From: an uncultured Gemmataceae bacterium
Lineage (GTDB): Bacteria; Planctomycetota; Planctomycetia; Gemmatales; Gemmataceae
DNA length: 64,000 nt
Assembly: GCA_963750165.1 (NCBI GenBank)
Contig: CAVVPN010000004.1
Coordinates: 864,001-928,000, forward strand
Reading direction: 5' to 3'
Below the pieces are notes generated by a model. The model made no database searches. It saw nothing but the letters and a program-made list of their open reading frames with translations, and was not told the origin of the DNA. Both the position numbers and the translations under genes were made by a program. Of this stretch, positions 59,894-64,000 are shown piece after piece; positions within the stretch are counted from its first letter, which is position 1, and each line of letters begins with the position of its first letter.

Positions 59894-59991
59894 GCTCTGC
59901 TCCGTGAATCTAACGGCGAGGTCAACGCTTTTCTACTCCATATCATATCCACGGACAATCGGTCTGCGCCGACGGTTCGCGGTCTTCCCAG

Positions 59992-60052
59992 GTGGGGCAG
60001 GCTGGAAAGCCTGCCCCACGAAGAAGCGGCAGACATTCCTGTCTACCCCACG
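59992..60052. repeat. REP-like hairpin plus a degenerate 7972-family arm
   Basis: gtggggcaggctggaaagcctgccccac and ggcagacattcctgtctaccccacg. Confidence 0.75.
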
Positions 60053-60106
60053 AGGGAAGCCTGTTTTATTGTGCAGCGGCCGTGCCGTGCTGGGTGAGAA
60101 AGTTCC

Positions 60107-61432
60107 ATGAAACCTTACGGTGTCGCGTTGATCGGCTGTGGCACGGTGGGCACCGGCGTGGCAAAACTCCTGCTGGAGCAGGCGCCGCGGCTGACGGCGC
60201 GGGCGGGCCGGCCGTTGCAACTCCGCCGTGTCGTCGTCCAGGATCCGTCGAAGCCGCGTGGCGCCGCGGTGCCGCGCGAACTGCTGACCACGGACCTGCG
60301 CACCGTCCTGAGCGACCCGCAGGTGGATGTGGCGGTTGAGGTGGTCGGCGGCGTCGATTGGGCGAAGCGGGCGGTGCTCGACCTGCTCGCGGCCGGCAAG
60401 GACGTGGTGACCGCCAACAAGGCGCTGCTGGCGCTGCACGGCAGCGAGGTGTTCGAGGCGGCCCGACGGCACGAGCGCGCGGTCGCCTTTGAAGCCAGCG
60501 TCGCCGGCGGCATCCCCATCATCGCCGCGCTCCGCGAGAGTCTGACTGCCAATCAAATCCTGTCCGTGCAGGGCATCCTCAACGGCACCAGCAATTTCAT
60601 CCTGACCGGCATGAGCGAACGCGGCGTCAGCTACGCCGAGATGCTGGCGGAGGCGCAGCGGCTGGGCTACGCCGAGGCGGACCCGTCCTTCGACGTGGAT
60701 GGCACCGACGCGGCGCACAAGCTGGCCATCCTCATCAAGCTGGCATTCGGTATGACGGTGCCGCTGACGGCGATCGCGCACCGCGGCATCCGCAACATCC
60801 AGCAGATGGACCTGCGCTATGCGAACGAACTCGGCTACAAGGTGAAGCTGGTCGCGGAGGCGTGGCAGCAGGAGGGCCAGCTGGCGGCGCACGTCTCGCC
60901 GCTGCTGGTCAAGCACATGGCGCCGCTGGCACAGGTGCGCAACACCTATAACGCGATCCACATTGTCGGCGATGTGGTCGGCGACACGCTGTACTATGGC
61001 CGCGGCGCCGGCCAGATGCCGACCGCCAGTGCGGTGGTTGCGGACGTGATCGACATGGCGGTGGGCCGGGCGCAGCAGACGTTTCAGACGCTGCGGCTGT
61101 GGGCGGCTGACAAGGGCGACCTGACGCTGCGGCCGGTGGCGACGGTGCGCAGCCGTTATTACGTGCGGCTGCTGGTCAAGGACCAGCCGGGCGTGCTGGC
61201 GGACATCACGCGGGTGCTGGCGCGGCACCAGATCAGCATCTCGTCGGTGGTGCAGCACGAGTCGTCGGACGAGCACGAGGGCGACGTGGTGCCGCTCATC
61301 ATCATGACGCACACGGCGGCAACGGGTGTGTTCAACGCGGCGATGGCCGAACTGGGCACGCTGCCGACGGTGGTGACGCCCAGCGCGTATTATCCGGTGG
61401 CGGACTACGATTTGCCGCGGTCGGGAGTGTGA
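60107..61432 (+). CDS. hom: Homoserine dehydrogenase with C-terminal ACT domain
   Basis: GCGTVGTG, VVTANKALLA, FEASVAGGIPII, GILNGTSNFIL, GYAEADP..DVDG.DAAHKL, GRGAGQMPTASAVVAD, YYVRL.V.DQPGVLA. Confidence 0.96.
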   Translation: MKPYGVALIGCGTVGTGVAKLLLEQAPRLTARAGRPLQLRRVVVQDPSKPRGAAVPRELLTTDLRTVLSDPQVDVAVEVVGGVDWAKRAVLDLLAAGKDVVTANKALLALHGSEVFEAARRHERAVAFEASVAGGIPIIAALRESLTANQILSVQGILNGTSNFILTGMSERGVSYAEMLAEAQRLGYAEADPSFDVDGTDAAHKLAILIKLAFGMTVPLTAIAHRGIRNIQQMDLRYANELGYKVKLVAEAWQQEGQLAAHVSPLLVKHMAPLAQVRNTYNAIHIVGDVVGDTLYYGRGAGQMPTASAVVADVIDMAVGRAQQTFQTLRLWAADKGDLTLRPVATVRSRYYVRLLVKDQPGVLADITRVLARHQISISSVVQHESSDEHEGDVVPLIIMTHTAATGVFNAAMAELGTLPTVVTPSAYYPVADYDLPRSGV

Positions 61433-61435
61433 TTC

Positions 61436-61500
61436 TTTTCGTGGTGCAGGCGTCCCGCCTGCGGAACCTCCATGCAGGCGGGACGCCTGCACCACGAAAA
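61436..61500. repeat. REP-like perfect 27-bp inverted repeat (GTGGTGCAGGCGTCCCGCCTGC)
   Basis: Arms at 61436-61462 and 61474-61500; T/A ends are compatible with bidirectional termination. Confidence 0.85.
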
Positions 61501-61643
61501 AGGGCCGCCGGCGTTGTGGCGCCGACGGCCCGTCCTGCCACCAGTGACGGACTCGCTTGACCGATTCCCCCTCGGACGTTATGGTCCCGCCTTCCGTGGG
61601 CGCTCCTGGCGCCTGCCACAGCGCGGAACCCGAGGGAGGATCT

Positions 61644-62995
61644 ATGGCAACCTGGCGAACCCTGCTCAGCCTGACCGTGGCCCTGGGCGTCACCACGGCC
61701 GCCCGGGCGCAGACCTGTACGTTGACCGAAACGCCGGCCGCGGGCACCTGCACCCGCAACCAACTGGCCATGAAGCTGACCGGTGTGCTCAAGGTTCAGC
61801 AGGAAGGCAAGACCCTGGAACTGAAACAAACCGCCGACGCCAACCACGATTACCTGGAGCGCATTCTGGCGGTCGAGGGCGGCGTCGCTCACCGCGCCGC
61901 CCGCCATTACCAGACGGCCCGGGTGGTCATTACCGTGAACGGCCAGCGCGTCGAGAACACGCTGCGGTCGGATCGGGCGGCCCTGCTCGTGGCTCAGCGG
62001 CACCGCGATCAGGTGTTCGCCTACTGTCCCAAAGACCACCTGACGCGCGATGAGCTGCACGTCACCGAGCACTTCGACACGCTGTCGCTGCCGGGCCTGC
62101 TGCCGCAGCGCGAGGTGAAGGTCGGCGACACCTGGAAGGTTGCCAACGCCACGGTGCAGGCGCTGTGCAACTTCGAGGGGCTGACCACTCAAACCTTGAC
62201 CGGCAAACTGGAGACGGTTCAGGGCACAGCGGCACACGTCAGCGTCACCGGTACCGCGGCCGGCATCGACCTGGGCGCCGAGGTCAAGGTGAGCATCACC
62301 GCCGGGCTGGTATACGACCTGACCGCGAAGCGCATCACGAAGGTGGAGTGGAAGCAATCCGATGCGCGCACGCAGGGTCCGGTCAGCCCGGCCGGCATGG
62401 TCGAACTGGTCATCAGCCTGAACCGGGTCGGCACGGACACGCCCGCGGAGTTGAACGACTACGCCATTGTGCCGGTGCCGCCGGGGCCGCTGCCGCCGGA
62501 GGACATGAAGTTGCTCGTCTATGCGGACCCCAGGGGCCGCTACGACATCCTGCACACGCGCGAGTGGCAGCTGGTCGGCCGGACGGACGAGCACCTGGTG
62601 CTGCGGTTGATGGACCGCGGTGAGTTCGTGGCCCAGGTCACCGTGGCGCCTGGAAAAAGGCCCGGTCGGGCGAGCACCTGAGCGGCAAGGAGTTCGAGGC
62701 CCTGGTGCAGAACACGCCGGGCTGGCAGACGGAAGAGGTGTTGAAGGACGACACGCGCGAGTTGCAGGATTTGCAGCCGGGCTACTGGGCCTACCGCGTG
62801 GCGGCGCAGGGCCGGCTGGATGGCGTGTCGGTGCTGCAGTACTTCTGCCTGCTGGCCGGGCCGCAGGGCGAGCAGCTGGTGCTGACGTTCACCATGAAGC
62901 CGGGCGAATCCGCGAAGCTGGACACGCGCGATTTGAATTTGCTGCGCGGCGTCACGTTTCCCGCGGCGCGAGCGCCGGAGGTGAAGGGGCAGTGA
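61644..62995 (+). CDS. Secreted hypothetical protein, apparent frameshift at ~62650
   Basis: gggagga RBS and signal peptide; adding one base in gcgcc|tgg gives VAPWKKARSGEHLSGKEFEALVQNTPGW, joining ORF 62705-62995. Confidence 0.75.
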
Positions 62996-63066
62996 GTTGC
63001 CTCACGGGGTTCGTTCCACAGCGATCCGAATGGATTGCTGCGGAACGAACCCCGCGAGTCGTTCCT

Positions 63067-63290
63067 TCAAGGGAGGAAAAGCCGGCCGGTACCCAGAACC
63101 TCGTCAATCCGCGTCAGGTAATCCAGAAACTGCTCTGCCAGACGGCGGCAATAATCGCAGTCCTTCAGTAGCCGCCTTGCGTTCGCCAGGGGTAAACACA
63201 GGCAAACTGGTTAACGTGTTCTCAGTCCGAATGGTTGCTTCCAGGGAATCAGGCCCGTCGTCATTCCGGGTCGCGGTCAGGAGGCCACCT
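63067..63290 (-). pseudogene. C-terminal remnant of a DUF5615/VapC45-like PIN toxin gene
   Basis: LLTATRNDDGPDSLEATIRTENTLTSLPVFT, frameshift, then LANARRLLKD..RRLAEQFLDYLTRIDEVLGTGRLFLP*; N-terminus missing; lower GC. Confidence 0.55.
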
Positions 63291-63355
63291 CGCAAGCAAA
63301 GTCGATATTTGAGTCGATGGGTGTATTCTACTCGCCTGGTGCGCCGCAGCAAACC

Positions 63356-63913
63356 TTAACCCGTCTTCACCGCCCCGTCGCCCGGCGGTTGCGTGGGCGG
63401 CGGGACAGGCTTCAGCACCGTCACGGCGTTGGCCACGAGGCTGCCGTTGGGCACGAAGATGGTTTTGCCCTCCGCGTCCAGCACGGTGTAGCGCAGGTTA
63501 ATCTCCGTGACGGTCCCCTCCAGGTCGGTTACGCGGATCACGTCGCCGGTGTGGAACGGCTTGTACAGCAGGATGAGGATGCCCGACAGGGCATTGGAGA
63601 GGATGTCCTTGAGCGCGAAGCCCAGGGCGAAGCCGGCCAGGCCCAGGCCGGCGACCAGGGCGGTCACGTCCACGCCCAGCGTGCCCAGCGCCGACAGCAC
63701 GCCGAACACCAGCACCACGACGCGCACCGCCTGGCCCAGGTAGCGCGTCAGGTTCACGTCCAGGCGCTTCACCCGGGCCAGCCGCAACATCACGTTTTGC
63801 AGGGCGTTGGCGATGAACCACGCGGCCGTCAGCAGCGCCAGACCGGCCAGCAGACGCGGTGCGTACAGCAGCACACTGTTCCACAAGACGTGCCAGTTCA
63901 GGTTGTCCCACAC
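63356..63913 (-). CDS. mscS: Small-conductance mechanosensitive channel (short MscS)
   Basis: LGVDVTALVAGLGLAGFALGFALKDILSNALSG, KPFHTGDVI, GTVTEINLRYT, IFVPNG. Confidence 0.9.
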   Translation of the reverse strand: MWDNLNWHVLWNSVLLYAPRLLAGLALLTAAWFIANALQNVMLRLARVKRLDVNLTRYLGQAVRVVVLVFGVLSALGTLGVDVTALVAGLGLAGFALGFALKDILSNALSGILILLYKPFHTGDVIRVTDLEGTVTEINLRYTVLDAEGKTIFVPNGSLVANAVTVLKPVPPPTQPPGDGAVKTG

Positions 63914-64000
63914 CGCGGTCGCCCTCGCCGGCCGCCCCGGTCAGAGCGCCGGGGCCGGGGCCGGCGTCTCCGTTACAACGCGCCCGGCCTCGTCCACCCG

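Noticed and set aside
1..64000. CRISPR array, tRNA or rRNA genes
   Set aside because: No regularly spaced repeat-spacer series, cas genes or recognisable tRNA/rRNA motifs were seen; the repeats are isolated palindromes.

Overview
High-GC bacterial chromosomal window, most likely from a planctomycete (Gemmataceae-like). The signs are a DUF1501 gene, LEDRxVP-type secreted proteins, ECF sigma/Ser-Thr kinase pairs and many intergenic palindrome families. Housekeeping genes: rny, ymdB-like, def, rimI, dapL, hom, mscS. The most notable content is (i) a five-gene putative lipid-modification operon (GMC oxidoreductase, phosphatidylserine decarboxylase, SDR/FAD-oxidase fusion, tandem class-III aminotransferase whose halves have lost complementary motifs, Mpo1/DUF962-like membrane protein) with a divergent LpxH-like hydrolase; (ii) an ECF sigma factor followed by a zinc-finger anti-sigma fused to a thioester-less alpha-2-macroglobulin-like scaffold; (iii) a ~3.2 kb direct duplication (39399-42609 / 47532-52306; MazG-like + SWIM-SNF2) with patchy divergence, enclosing ~4.9 kb of cargo with broken genes, whose second copy is disrupted by a complete IS701-family element (GTAC target duplication). 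Several single-base frameshifts, one in dapL, suggest assembly indel errors. No rRNA, tRNA or CRISPR array was recognised. All family assignments come from motif recognition by eye, not from database searches.
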